A stretch of 64,000 nt of DNA from a virus (Duplodnaviria; Caudoviricetes), in IMG/VR virus record IMGVR_UViG_3300009768_000006, positions 38,552 through 102,551 of that record, one strand, 5' to 3'. A program made the position numbers and the translations under genes. Below are positions 29,883 through 39,612 of the stretch, piece by piece. The notes under the pieces were generated by a model. The model was not told the DNA's origin. It did not search any database and saw nothing but the letters and a program-made list of their open reading frames with translations. Positions within the stretch are counted from its first letter, which is position 1. Each line of letters opens with the position of its first letter.

Positions 29883-30083
29883 ATGAAGCCCTATGATAGA
29901 ACTTTAAGTATCGCTGCATTGATAGTTATATTAATGACCTTCATTATAATGACTGTAGGATACTTCAAGTTGTTATATCTACATGATCTGATTATGTATT
30001 GGCCTATACCTATAATGGGATTCTATTGTGGAGCAGGTGTAACTATAGTTATCTATAAGATAACTAAGAAGAAACATTCTTGA
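29883..30083 (+). CDS. Small two-TM membrane protein
   Basis: Hydrophobic helices, AGGAG RBS. Confidence 0.6.
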   Translation: MKPYDRTLSIAALIVILMTFIIMTVGYFKLLYLHDLIMYWPIPIMGFYCGAGVTIVIYKITKKKHS

Positions 30084-30110
30084 TATCATAGTATACAAAG
30101 GAGAATAATT

Positions 30111-30500
30111 ATGGTTATTGAGAACACTAACTTAGAAATGTTTGGTTTAACTCCTGAAGAAACTACTGAAGATGATATATTAGTAGCAGTAGGTATCATG
30201 CTTAAAGTTCTAAGACAAAATCTAAATCTTACTCAAAGTCAAGCTAGTGAACGGACAAATTTGGCTTCAGCCAGAGTATCCAATCTCGAATCAGGAGATT
30301 TCAATCCTACATTAAAAACATTATTCAAGTATGTGAAAAGTTTAGGAGGAGAACTTACTATAAACATAGGACCTAGAGGTTTAGGTAAATCCTATGTTCC
30401 TCAAGACATATATGATGTAAAGAAACTAGCTGATGCTATATTAAGTAAATCAAAGGAACTAGAATACTTAGTGACTATGCTTCAGAAGATGACTAAATAA
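30111..30500 (+). CDS. XRE-family HTH regulator
   Basis: LRQNLNLTQSQAS...VSNLESG..NPTLKTL. Confidence 0.85.
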   Translation: MVIENTNLEMFGLTPEETTEDDILVAVGIMLKVLRQNLNLTQSQASERTNLASARVSNLESGDFNPTLKTLFKYVKSLGGELTINIGPRGLGKSYVPQDIYDVKKLADAILSKSKELEYLVTMLQKMTK

Positions 30501-30502
30501 TT

Positions 30503-30526
30503 TCATAATCCTATATTATCTAACGT
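30503..30526 (+). promoter_or_regulatory. Degenerate phage promoter motif P10
   Basis: TCATAATC-N11-AACGTTACTTAT. Confidence 0.45.
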
Positions 30527-30553
30527 TACTTATAATGAAGGAGTGAATTTACA

Positions 30554-30754
30554 ATGAACAACAATAATTCAATAGGTTAAATCAGTTTTACTGGACTTCT
30601 AACTGTAGTATTCATAGTGCTTAAGCTGGTAGGCGTGATCAATTGGTCTTGGTGGTGGGTGCTGTCGCCCGTTTGGATTGTTATATCAATTGCAATTATT
30701 ATTGGCGTTGTGAGCCTTGTAATAGTCGTGATTGGTACAGGGCGAAAAAATTGA
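30554..30754 (+). pseudogene. Membrane protein (FIVLKL.GVINWSWWWVLSP family) with in-frame TAA at codon 9
   Basis: Hand translation; TAA at 30578. Confidence 0.6.
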
Positions 30755-30823
30755 GCTGAATGGTTACCATTATGAAACAGATCAAGAGGTCGATGCTGAC
30801 TTACTTAGAAAGGTGAACGCACA

Positions 30824-31405
30824 ATGATAGCATGTGTGAAACACTTTATTACAATTACACGACATAAGTGGTATGTCATGATTGCTTGTTTTAAATGCGG
30901 ACTCATATGGCAAGGGTTAGTACACGACATAAGCAAGTATTCACCGATAGAATTTTTTGCTTCGGCGCGATACTTTCAAGGCACTGGTTCCCTGATAGAC
31001 GCGGAGAAACGCGAAAAGGGCTATTCAATCGCGTGGCAAAATCACAAGGCTAAGAACAAGCATCATTGGCACTACTGGACGGATTTTGAAAATGGCAATC
31101 TGATATTGCTCCTCATGCCGCCGAAATATGTTGCAGAGATGCTCTGTGATTGGATAGGTGCTGGGAAAGCCTACAATAAGAATAAATGGACAATAAGTAG
31201 CTTGACAGATTGGTATGCTAAAAACCGTGAGATATATCATCTTCATACCAGCACGAAAGCGTACATTGATATGTTGATGGAGAACGTAAAAGATGAAAAA
31301 GATCTTTTCGCGCAATGGATAAATGTCAAGAGAATAGCTGAGAATTATGCACTTGACAAACTTGATAATAGCTTTTATCAGCCACCATTGAAGGTTGTGG
31401 AATAG
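30824..31405 (+). CDS. DUF5662-like HD-fold protein
   Basis: RHKWYV, HDISKYSP.EF, HK..NKHHW.YW, EMLCDWIGAG. Confidence 0.75.
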   Translation: MIACVKHFITITRHKWYVMIACFKCGLIWQGLVHDISKYSPIEFFASARYFQGTGSLIDAEKREKGYSIAWQNHKAKNKHHWHYWTDFENGNLILLLMPPKYVAEMLCDWIGAGKAYNKNKWTISSLTDWYAKNREIYHLHTSTKAYIDMLMENVKDEKDLFAQWINVKRIAENYALDKLDNSFYQPPLKVVE

Positions 31406-31424
31406 ATAATAAGGAGGGTGTATA

Positions 31425-31640
31425 ATGAGCTACCATACTATTAGCAATAGATCTGCTCAGACTGAGAGAAGAACTATAGCTGAGTAGGCTTACCTAGACA
31501 ATCTTCGAATAATTGATCCTGATGGTTTTGACAGATTCGATCCTGATCTATGGGAGAAGAAGATTACTAAGGATCAGTATAAGAAAGGTATAGTTAACAG
31601 TACTGTAGAGTATATATCTGGTAGTATGAGTAAGGAGTGA
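31425..31640 (+). pseudogene. Small ORF with in-frame TAG at codon 21
   Basis: ...RTIAE*AYLDNLRIIDPDGFDR...; AGGAGG RBS; TAG at 31485. Confidence 0.55.
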
Positions 31641-31885
31641 TACTTATGTTCACTATAGCTACTAGTTATTGTAAAAAGTGTAAATATCATGTACAAGTTT
31701 CTACTAGTTATTTTGATCCTGATGGTAATAGATTGTACTCGAATGCGTGTGATAATGGATATGATTTGAAATCTGCTACTGAACTATGTGTTAGACCTAA
31801 AGCATGCATTCGTCACAATGATAGATCAGAAAACGCAATTTCTAGTGATATCAATGATAAAGATATGGAGAAGTGGTTAAGGTGA
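31637..31885 (+). CDS. Hypothetical Cys-rich protein
   Basis: ORF, operon context. Confidence 0.55.
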   Translation: MILMFTIATSYCKKCKYHVQVSTSYFDPDGNRLYSNACDNGYDLKSATELCVRPKACIRHNDRSENAISSDINDKDMEKWLR

Positions 31886-32172
31886 ATAAATCTAAATTAC
31901 AGTATAAGTTCGTTATGAATGGGACTTGTAATAATGATATTAATGAGTGCATATTCGATAAAGGTGGTCCTAGAGGATTACTATATGATCCAATATATGG
32001 AGTTACTCGTATAGGACTACATAATGGAGCAGTATTTATAGAAGGATTAATAGTTGATAACGATATAGATAACTGTTTCGCTAAATTCAGGAGGCTTAAA
32101 ATGATAGCTACTGCTAGATTTAAGAATTGTACTAGTATCGTGGATCTAGCACTAGGCAATGTAGATTATTAG
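31873..32172 (+). CDS. Hypothetical protein
   Basis: ORF, operon context. Confidence 0.55.
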   Translation: MVKVNKSKLQYKFVMNGTCNNDINECIFDKGGPRGLLYDPIYGVTRIGLHNGAVFIEGLIVDNDIDNCFAKFRRLKMIATARFKNCTSIVDLALGNVDY

Positions 32173-32195
32173 GCTAACTCTATCAACTTTAACGT
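32172..32195 (+). promoter_or_regulatory. Phage promoter motif P11
   Basis: GGCTAACT-N11-AACGT. Confidence 0.8.
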
Positions 32196-32224
32196 CTATT
32201 ATAACGTGACTTAAGGAGGTTACT

Positions 32225-33832
32225 ATGGATTATAAGGAAATAGTAGAAGGATTAGTTCACAAATTAGAGAAAGCTGATGAAAGCTATTATCTTACAGGTG
32301 AGCTGATCATGACTGATGATACCTATGATGCTTGCTTATCTATGCTGAAGAAACTAGATAGCAATAATCCTTATCTTAGTAAGGTAGGGGTTAAGAATAT
32401 ACCTGAGGATTCTGTGAAAGTATACAGAGAGATTCCGATGGGTACTCTAGCTAAGTACTATAAATCTGATGATGTAGTATTTTGGGCTAAGCAACTGTAT
32501 CCTGTACTCGTGTCTCCTAAATATGATGGATTTGCTTGTGAAATTATCTATAATGATAGAGGATTCATATCTGTCATCAGTACTAGAGGATCTGGTAATA
32601 TAGGAGAAGATGTCAGCAAATCCTTCAAACATATAAATGGGATTCCTCTCTATGATAAATCACTTGCATCTGTGATAGTCAGAGGTGAATGCATCATCTC
32701 GAAGAAACATCATGATGCAGTTAAAGCTAGTGGTTACAATGCTATGAGGAATGCAGTACCAGGTATTGTAAGATCCTGCAATGAATCTATGCTCAAATAT
32801 GTTGAATTTGTAGCATATGAATTCATAGACGAATTTGATACTAGAGTAGAACAGAGAGAGAAATATGGCAAATTATTCAGGATTGAAGACTATACTATAG
32901 CTAATAATGAACAAGAGCTAGCCGATGCTTATAATAAGCTGGTAGCTAATAGAGAGACTTATGCTTACGACATGGATGGTGTAGTACTCAAAAGTAATAA
33001 TCTCTATAAGTTCGATGATTATAGATTACCTACTACGATGATCGCTTGGAAGTTTGGATCTACTAGACAAACTACTATACTGCAAAATATAGAATATCAG
33101 ATGGGAGCTACAGGTGGATTCACTCCTATCGGTATATTTGATAAAGTAGAGTTTCAAGGAGCTAGTTTAACTAGAGCCTCATTAGGAAATATGACTAGAT
33201 TGTACAAAGACTTGAAAGATATTACTATCGGATCAGTAATTGAAGTATCCAGAAGAGGAGATATAATTCCTTATATTGAGAGTGTAGTAGAAGTTAATGA
33301 AGTATCTGATAAACTATCTAGGTTATCAGTTTGTCCTTATTGTAATCAGGAGTTAGAGTATACTGACTATGAACCTAGATGTGTAAATAAGAGCTGCAAG
33401 GAGTTATTGAAGCTCCAAGTATTCAACTTTATAAAGCTTATAGGAATCAATGGAGTAGGTAGAGGACTGACTGATGCACTTGTTGATAATGAGATAATCT
33501 CAAAATTGCCTGACATCTACAATATGAATCCTGATAAGATAAGAGAATTACCTAGACAAGGTGATAGCTCTGTGAAGAAGTGGAAGGCTCTGCAAGATAA
33601 GCGACTTACAGATGCTCAGATACTTACAGCTTATCCATTTGTAGGATTAGGAGAGAAAATATGGCAGTCATTATTAGGAGTGTTCACTATTGATGAGCTG
33701 CTAAATATTGATGAAATAGCATTGAGAGAAGCTAAAGTGAAAGGTATAGGAGATATGAAAATAACTTCTATAGTAACTCAATTATCAGAGAATAGAGAAT
33801 CTATTCGAGAACTCATAGAATCTATCAAATAA
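32225..33832 (+). CDS. ligA: NAD-dependent DNA ligase (no BRCT domain)
   Basis: YY...MTDDTYD, KYDG, STRG.G..GEDV, RGE, DGVVLK, AWKF, RRGDIIP, CPYC. Confidence 0.92.
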   Translation: MDYKEIVEGLVHKLEKADESYYLTGELIMTDDTYDACLSMLKKLDSNNPYLSKVGVKNIPEDSVKVYREIPMGTLAKYYKSDDVVFWAKQLYPVLVSPKYDGFACEIIYNDRGFISVISTRGSGNIGEDVSKSFKHINGIPLYDKSLASVIVRGECIISKKHHDAVKASGYNAMRNAVPGIVRSCNESMLKYVEFVAYEFIDEFDTRVEQREKYGKLFRIEDYTIANNEQELADAYNKLVANRETYAYDMDGVVLKSNNLYKFDDYRLPTTMIAWKFGSTRQTTILQNIEYQMGATGGFTPIGIFDKVEFQGASLTRASLGNMTRLYKDLKDITIGSVIEVSRRGDIIPYIESVVEVNEVSDKLSRLSVCPYCNQELEYTDYEPRCVNKSCKELLKLQVFNFIKLIGINGVGRGLTDALVDNEIISKLPDIYNMNPDKIRELPRQGDSSVKKWKALQDKRLTDAQILTAYPFVGLGEKIWQSLLGVFTIDELLNIDEIALREAKVKGIGDMKITSIVTQLSENRESIRELIESIK

Positions 33833-33850
33833 TACTATGGAGGTATAATA

Positions 33851-34870
33851 ATGGAATCTACACTTGATCTTCTACTGAAGAGGAAGCCTAGCAAGAAAAT
33901 TGCTGAATACATTAAAGAAGATGATGATAACGATGAAGAAGAGTTGAATAAAGAAGACGTGGGTGAAGACGGTGAAGAGCTTCAAGCTGAAGAGTATGAC
34001 GATGAATATGATCAAGAAGATACTGGAGATGAAGTAGAAGCTGGAGATGATTCAGTTACTGATGATGATTCATCTACTGAAGATGATTCAGGCGATGAAG
34101 AGGATATAAGATCTGAAAGTGATGACTTTGATGCAGAGACAAAGGATACTCCGGATGAAGAAATTGATTCTGATGAGAAAGATGATAAACCTATATTACC
34201 TAAGCCTGATGAGAAGGATGATCTAGGTAAGAATCCTCTTGATAATGTATATGCAGTGAACTATACTATAGGAGATCCTGTAGTATTAGTGTATACTGAT
34301 AATAGAAAGTCCAAGCTAACTGCAGTAATAGATGGCTATGACAAACAAGGATTCTACATATTGAAGTGGGGTAACAATAAGAGAACTCCTGGTGTCACTG
34401 ATACTATGATTAGTAGCATAGTGCAAAACCAAGAATCTACTATGGAGTGCATCTGCGGTAGTAAGAACATAATCAAAGAGAATAACAATCTAGTGTGTGA
34501 TGACTGTGGCAGGCTTATAGATGACAAGCGTAAGTCTCCTATGAAAAGTGTATTAGGTCCTGTTAATACAGGTAATAAGCCTAATATACCTTTGTCAGAG
34601 GAAACAGAGGATAGCAGCAAGACTATAGTAGTTAAACTACATACAGGGGTATGGGGATCACATACAGGTGAACATACTGAGTATTATGTAAGAAAAGCTA
34701 TTAAGACAGTTAAGAATACAGCTAAAACATTAGAGGCTAATATAACATCAGTGGAGAATAATAAGATAACTATACTAGTAACTAAGTGCACGAGTAATCA
34801 GCTTGATAAACTCATGAAAGCTATTAGAAATAGTGTAATAACTATATCTGATGTGGAGTTAGTGAGGTAA
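33851..34870 (+). CDS. Hypothetical protein with long D/E-rich N-terminal region
   Basis: Acidic tract of about 95 aa, CICG/CDDC zinc ribbon. Confidence 0.7.
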   Translation: MESTLDLLLKRKPSKKIAEYIKEDDDNDEEELNKEDVGEDGEELQAEEYDDEYDQEDTGDEVEAGDDSVTDDDSSTEDDSGDEEDIRSESDDFDAETKDTPDEEIDSDEKDDKPILPKPDEKDDLGKNPLDNVYAVNYTIGDPVVLVYTDNRKSKLTAVIDGYDKQGFYILKWGNNKRTPGVTDTMISSIVQNQESTMECICGSKNIIKENNNLVCDDCGRLIDDKRKSPMKSVLGPVNTGNKPNIPLSEETEDSSKTIVVKLHTGVWGSHTGEHTEYYVRKAIKTVKNTAKTLEANITSVENNKITILVTKCTSNQLDKLMKAIRNSVITISDVELVR

Positions 34871-34939
34871 TCCGTGCATAGGACAATAATACGTTCGATA
34901 GAATTTATGTAGATTAATCCTTATACTATCGTGGTAGGC

Positions 34940-34976
34940 TGAACCTAGCCTCCTCATCGAAGCTAGGTTCATTTTT
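34940..34976 (+). terminator. Intrinsic terminator
   Basis: TGAACCTAGC...GCTAGGTTCA followed by TTTTT. Confidence 0.8.
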
Positions 34977-34977
34977 A

Positions 34978-35001
34978 GGCTAACTTCTCAGTACTGCACG
35001 T
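34978..35001 (+). promoter_or_regulatory. Phage promoter motif P12
   Basis: GGCTAACT-N11-CACGT. Confidence 0.7.
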
Positions 35002-35067
35002 CTATAAGGTTGTAAAGTTATTCTACTAGAATTGCTTCCCACATATAAGTAAAAGGAGATATAACAA

Positions 35068-36228
35068 ATGAGCTTCATCCAGAACAAACCTAATTTGGAT
35101 CAAATGAAAAAGTACTTAGAGAATAATAAGAGAGACTATCAAGACATCTGGTGGTCCATACCTGCTGGTACATCTTCTATCAGGTTCATGCCTCCGTGGG
35201 ATTCCAAAGGACTTGTAGCATTGCAAGTCAGTATGCACAATATCGAGTACAAAGCTCCGAAATCCACTTACACTAAATACAATTGGACTTGCGTGAATAA
35301 GACATTCGGAAGTCCTTGTAAGATTTGCGAAGGTCTGGCTAACCTAGCAAATGCAGGAGTAGATGTCAGTATCTATGATACATCAAGAAGCTACTATGCG
35401 AATGTGCTAGTCATGTATGATCCATCATCGCAGGATCCTAACAAGAGTGCCGTAGGTAAACTCAAAGTATGCAGGATTCCTAAAACTGTGTATGACTGGT
35501 TGGTATCTCAGATTACTAATCCGATGATCGGTGACATTACTGATGTTAACTCCGGTATTGATGTGATCGTCACCAAATCTGGTACTGGATTGGCTACTAA
35601 TTACACTTGCACTCTTTCTCCTGCTGGTCGTACTCCTGTCCCTGCTGAAATACTGAAAGGCATCACTGAACTCCATAACCTTGATAACATTTTCAGTGAA
35701 GGTTTCGATGATGAAACTGTCAATGAACTTATGAACAGTTTGAATCGAGCAGCTTCTGCTATTCCTGGTAATACTCAACAGTTTGCTCAAGTATCAGGAG
35801 CTTATAATCCTAATCCTCCTTTGAACTATAACCAGGCAGCATATCAACCTTATGGTACAAATATGATGCCTCAAATGCCTCAACCTCCTCAAGCTCCTCA
35901 AATGCCTCAACCTCCTCAAGCTCCTCAAATGCCTCAACCTCCTCAAGCTCCTCAGAATTCTGCTCCTACGAATCCTCCCTGGAATCCAGCAACTACACAA
36001 GGTAGTACAGCATCTATTCCTAAGTCTCCATTCGGAGCAGCAGCACCTCAACCTCCTCAGGCTCCTCAGATGCCTCAAATGCCTCAAGCTACATCAAACC
36101 AAGATGCTGTCCCACCTCCTGCTGCTAGTAATTCACCAGCACCCACATGCTTCGGTAAGTACAATGAAGCAGCTGTACAGTGCGTAATATGTCCTCATGA
36201 AATAAATTGTATGAGGTCTAAGAAGTGA
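35068..36228 (+). CDS. Single-stranded DNA-binding protein (gp32-like) with Pro/Gln tail
   Basis: IRFMPP, C...CKIC, YYANV, DITD...G.D...KSGTG..TNY; adjacent to recA. Confidence 0.7.
   Translation: MSFIQNKPNLDQMKKYLENNKRDYQDIWWSIPAGTSSIRFMPPWDSKGLVALQVSMHNIEYKAPKSTYTKYNWTCVNKTFGSPCKICEGLANLANAGVDVSIYDTSRSYYANVLVMYDPSSQDPNKSAVGKLKVCRIPKTVYDWLVSQITNPMIGDITDVNSGIDVIVTKSGTGLATNYTCTLSPAGRTPVPAEILKGITELHNLDNIFSEGFDDETVNELMNSLNRAASAIPGNTQQFAQVSGAYNPNPPLNYNQAAYQPYGTNMMPQMPQPPQAPQMPQPPQAPQMPQPPQAPQNSAPTNPPWNPATTQGSTASIPKSPFGAAAPQPPQAPQMPQMPQATSNQDAVPPPAASNSPAPTCFGKYNEAAVQCVICPHEINCMRSKK
35875..35955 (+). repeat. 3 x 27-nt tandem repeat (MPQPPQAPQ)
   Basis: ATGCCTCAACCTCCTCAAGCTCCTCAA three times. Confidence 0.95.
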
Positions 36229-36292
36229 CACGAGCCTATGTATTAAAGTGGTAGGGTATAAGTATCCTACCACTATGTTATAAGGAGCAAAT

Positions 36293-37525
36293 ATGTTCAA
36301 CAGAAATGATTTCATAGTAAACAATAACTATTACTATATAGGTAATGGATTCGAACATAAATTACCTATAGGTATTCCTACTATAGATATAGCATTAGGT
36401 GGAGGTATACCTCTAGATGGAGCTCTAATAGAAATATTTGGAGAAGAAAGTCATGGTAAAACCACGCTAAGCTATAGAATATGTAAGAGATGCACAGATG
36501 AGAATGGCTACATCACATGGATAGATAGTGAAACATCCTATGATGAATCCTGGGCTAGAGTACAAGGAGTCAATACTGAAAGATTGATACCTTATAGGAT
36601 TGGCTGTATGGAAGATACTAATGATGTCATTATAGCTGATATCAAGAAGTATAAAGAAACATATTTACCTTGGTTGCTAGATAATTCATGGAAGCCTACT
36701 AAATCCTATCTGGATAGTGTAGGAATTGATAGTAAATTACCTCTAGCTACTATAAAAGAACAACTATCTGAGATTGCTCCTAGTCACATTATTGTATGGG
36801 ATTCATTAGCAGGTTCTCCTGTTCGTAGCGTAGCAGAAGCAGGAGCTAACTATTCAGAAGGTATAGCTTATAGAGCTAGACTTATAAAGTCATTCTTGTC
36901 TAGATATAGAGTACATGTAGAGGGATGCTCCAAAGTAGCTATGATACTGGTAAATCAAGTCATAGATAACATAGGAGATACTTATGGACCTGCATTCAGT
37001 ACTCCTGGAGGTAGAGGACTCAAGCATAGTAAACACTTATCTATATATGTGAAGAAATCAGGATCAGGAGAGAAAGATTCTGAAAACTATACAATAACTG
37101 ATTATGTAGTATTGTCTATAGTAAAGAATAAAATCACTCCTGTTATAGCATCATTCCCTGTGATATTCTCTAAGGCTAGAGGATTCTTAGGAGCTACTAG
37201 CGTACTAGAATATCTGCTAAATATGAAGTGGTTTACTAACGCAGGATCTTGGAAGAAATTTGACTATATCACGTATGATGAATCTACAGGAGAAATAATT
37301 AATACAGAAGAGGTCAGTTTCCAAAAAGGTAATTTCTATACTCTCATAGGAAAACGTCCTGAAATATTCTTGTACTTGTGCAATCAGATTAAGCAGCTCA
37401 TCTCATTGAAGTTCCCAGAGAATCCTGCTATATCTAATGTGAATATAGAGGATATAATAGAGGCTTGTCTAGCAGAGACTAATGCTATACCTACTGAAGA
37501 AGAGACTATAAGCATAGATCAATAA
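36293..37525 (+). CDS. recA: RecA/UvsX-like recombinase
   Basis: IDIALGGGIP, EIFGEESHGKTT, WIDSE, VWDS, VNQ, TPGGRGLKH, KNK. Confidence 0.88.
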   Translation: MFNRNDFIVNNNYYYIGNGFEHKLPIGIPTIDIALGGGIPLDGALIEIFGEESHGKTTLSYRICKRCTDENGYITWIDSETSYDESWARVQGVNTERLIPYRIGCMEDTNDVIIADIKKYKETYLPWLLDNSWKPTKSYLDSVGIDSKLPLATIKEQLSEIAPSHIIVWDSLAGSPVRSVAEAGANYSEGIAYRARLIKSFLSRYRVHVEGCSKVAMILVNQVIDNIGDTYGPAFSTPGGRGLKHSKHLSIYVKKSGSGEKDSENYTITDYVVLSIVKNKITPVIASFPVIFSKARGFLGATSVLEYLLNMKWFTNAGSWKKFDYITYDESTGEIINTEEVSFQKGNFYTLIGKRPEIFLYLCNQIKQLISLKFPENPAISNVNIEDIIEACLAETNAIPTEEETISIDQ

Positions 37526-37527
37526 TC

Positions 37528-37551
37528 GCCTAACTCCCTAGGTTTTAACGT
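37528..37551 (+). promoter_or_regulatory. Phage promoter motif P13
   Basis: GCCTAACT-N11-AACGT. Confidence 0.8.
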
Positions 37552-37585
37552 CTTTATATATGTAGTGATTCCAGGAGGTTCTACA

Positions 37586-38617
37586 ATGACTCGATTGAAT
37601 TATAAGCCTGTTATATTAATAATCGACGGAGCTCATTGTTTACGACGTAGCATGTATCAGCCTAATCTAAGAGAGTTAGCTACTAGTACAGGAGTACCTA
37701 CAGGAGGAATCTATGGTTTCATGAGCAGTATTAAATCTGCTGTATCGTTGATGAGTGCTAGTAGCTTGATAGTATGTTGGGAAGGAGGTCATTCTGCTAG
37801 ACGTAAATCTCTCTACGAAGACTATAAACATAGAGAGTCTACAGAAGAAGAGACACGTGATGCATTAGGCTATACGGATTACGAGTATTATGTGCATCAG
37901 ATTAGCTGGATAAAGCAGATCCTCCCATGCTTAGGTGTCAAGCAGTTGAGGGTGGACGGTAAGGAAGGCGACGATATTCTATTCCAAGCTACTAGACTCA
38001 TAGATGGTCAGAAAGTAATAATCTCTGAAGATAGTGACTTCCAGTGTATCATCTCTGATGATATCCATATGTACAGACCTATTAAAAAGCAGTATATAAG
38101 CTTGGCTAACTTCAGTGAAGTGAATGGCTACAAATCTCCTAAGCATTTCCTTTACTCTAAGGTACTATTAGGAGATGGCTCTGATAACATTCCAGCTGTT
38201 GCTAAAGGTGTAGGTGCTACTACTGTAATGAATATTCTGAATAAAATAGAAAATGAAGAGGAGATAACTCCTAATAAAATACTGTCTATCGCTAATGAAT
38301 TAGGAGGATCCAGGAACATGAAATTAGTAGAAGCTGGATCAGGTCCTATCATCAGGAATCTTAATCTTATTGATATCTCAAAAGAAGTGTTCGATTTCTA
38401 TGAGATAAAAGGATTAATAGATGACATAAAATCTATCACGACTATTAATGTAGACAAAGCGAACAAGATATTTAGAGCATTAGAGTTCCAGCCTACTACT
38501 ATAGATGTCATAATGAATGGATTATTGAGGATGGCAAATTATCCTCTAGATAAACTGATCAATGTGGATTATGTAAGACGTTACCTAGCTGGAGAAACTT
38601 CAGTATTACAAGGTTAG
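37586..38617 (+). CDS. 5'-3' exonuclease / flap endonuclease (RNase H-like)
   Basis: LIIDG, R...Y..YK..R, EGDD, SEDSDF, GDGSDNIP.V..GVG. Confidence 0.9.
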   Translation: MTRLNYKPVILIIDGAHCLRRSMYQPNLRELATSTGVPTGGIYGFMSSIKSAVSLMSASSLIVCWEGGHSARRKSLYEDYKHRESTEEETRDALGYTDYEYYVHQISWIKQILPCLGVKQLRVDGKEGDDILFQATRLIDGQKVIISEDSDFQCIISDDIHMYRPIKKQYISLANFSEVNGYKSPKHFLYSKVLLGDGSDNIPAVAKGVGATTVMNILNKIENEEEITPNKILSIANELGGSRNMKLVEAGSGPIIRNLNLIDISKEVFDFYEIKGLIDDIKSITTINVDKANKIFRALEFQPTTIDVIMNGLLRMANYPLDKLINVDYVRRYLAGETSVLQG

Positions 38618-38631
38618 CAGAAAGGTTAATT

Positions 38632-39612
38632 ATGTTGTTAGGCATATATGGAGATGTTCACGCCACTAGGAACATGAGAAATAATCAAGCAATCTGGGAA
38701 TCTTCAGTAATCAAATCTATGAACTCTATGTACAGTAAGTTCACAGAGCTAGGAGTAGAGAAAGCAATATGCTTAGGAGACTTTTTCGATACACCAAGAT
38801 TAGAAGCTAAGAATGTAGAGTTCATTACGAATCTATTAGATATAATGTCTACTGTGCCTACAATAATGCTACTAGGTAATCATGAAGCAGTAGATGCAGG
38901 TAGCGATGTACTGTCTTATATAAACAATTATCCAGGTATAAGTACAGTTAGGGATATAGAAATAGACAATAACTTGTTGTATCTGCCTTATAGCGTAGAT
39001 ATATCTTCAGTAGATGACTTGTTCAAGGATAGATATATATTCACTCACCATGATATATATGGATCTACACTAGCAGCAGGTAAATCAGTAGCTAATTTTG
39101 GAGTACCTACTGAGATATTTAAGGAAGCTAAATTCGTCTATAATGGACACGTTCATACCAGATCTATTATAGGTAATGTAATGAACGTAGGTAGTTTACT
39201 GACTACTAAATTCGGAGAGCTAACTTTCAGTGATTACCCGTTTTATTATGTGTTAAATACTGAAACAGATAAGATTACCTACTATAAAAATCTAGAAGCT
39301 ATGATACACATCACTGTAAACACTAGCCAGGTGAATCAAATAGCTAAATATTATCCTGAGTATAATATTGATAGAGTATTCATAACATTAGAGTATGAAG
39401 ATAGTGAGTGTCCTGATGTTAGTAACTTGGATTATAAAAACATAAGATTCAAGAAACTGATATCTGATGATATAACTTCGGATTCTAATACTATTGTTAA
39501 GAATAATCTAGATCTTCCATCTATAATAGCAGAGTATATAATGAAAGATACTTCAATATCAGATGCTAAGAAGCAACTGTATATTAATAAGGCTTGGGAG
39601 TTATTGAAATGA
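38632..39612 (+). CDS. SbcD/Mre11-like metallophosphoesterase
   Basis: GDVH, LGDFFD, GNHE, HH, GHVH. Confidence 0.88.
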   Translation: MLLGIYGDVHATRNMRNNQAIWESSVIKSMNSMYSKFTELGVEKAICLGDFFDTPRLEAKNVEFITNLLDIMSTVPTIMLLGNHEAVDAGSDVLSYINNYPGISTVRDIEIDNNLLYLPYSVDISSVDDLFKDRYIFTHHDIYGSTLAAGKSVANFGVPTEIFKEAKFVYNGHVHTRSIIGNVMNVGSLLTTKFGELTFSDYPFYYVLNTETDKITYYKNLEAMIHITVNTSQVNQIAKYYPEYNIDRVFITLEYEDSECPDVSNLDYKNIRFKKLISDDITSDSNTIVKNNLDLPSIIAEYIMKDTSISDAKKQLYINKAWELLK

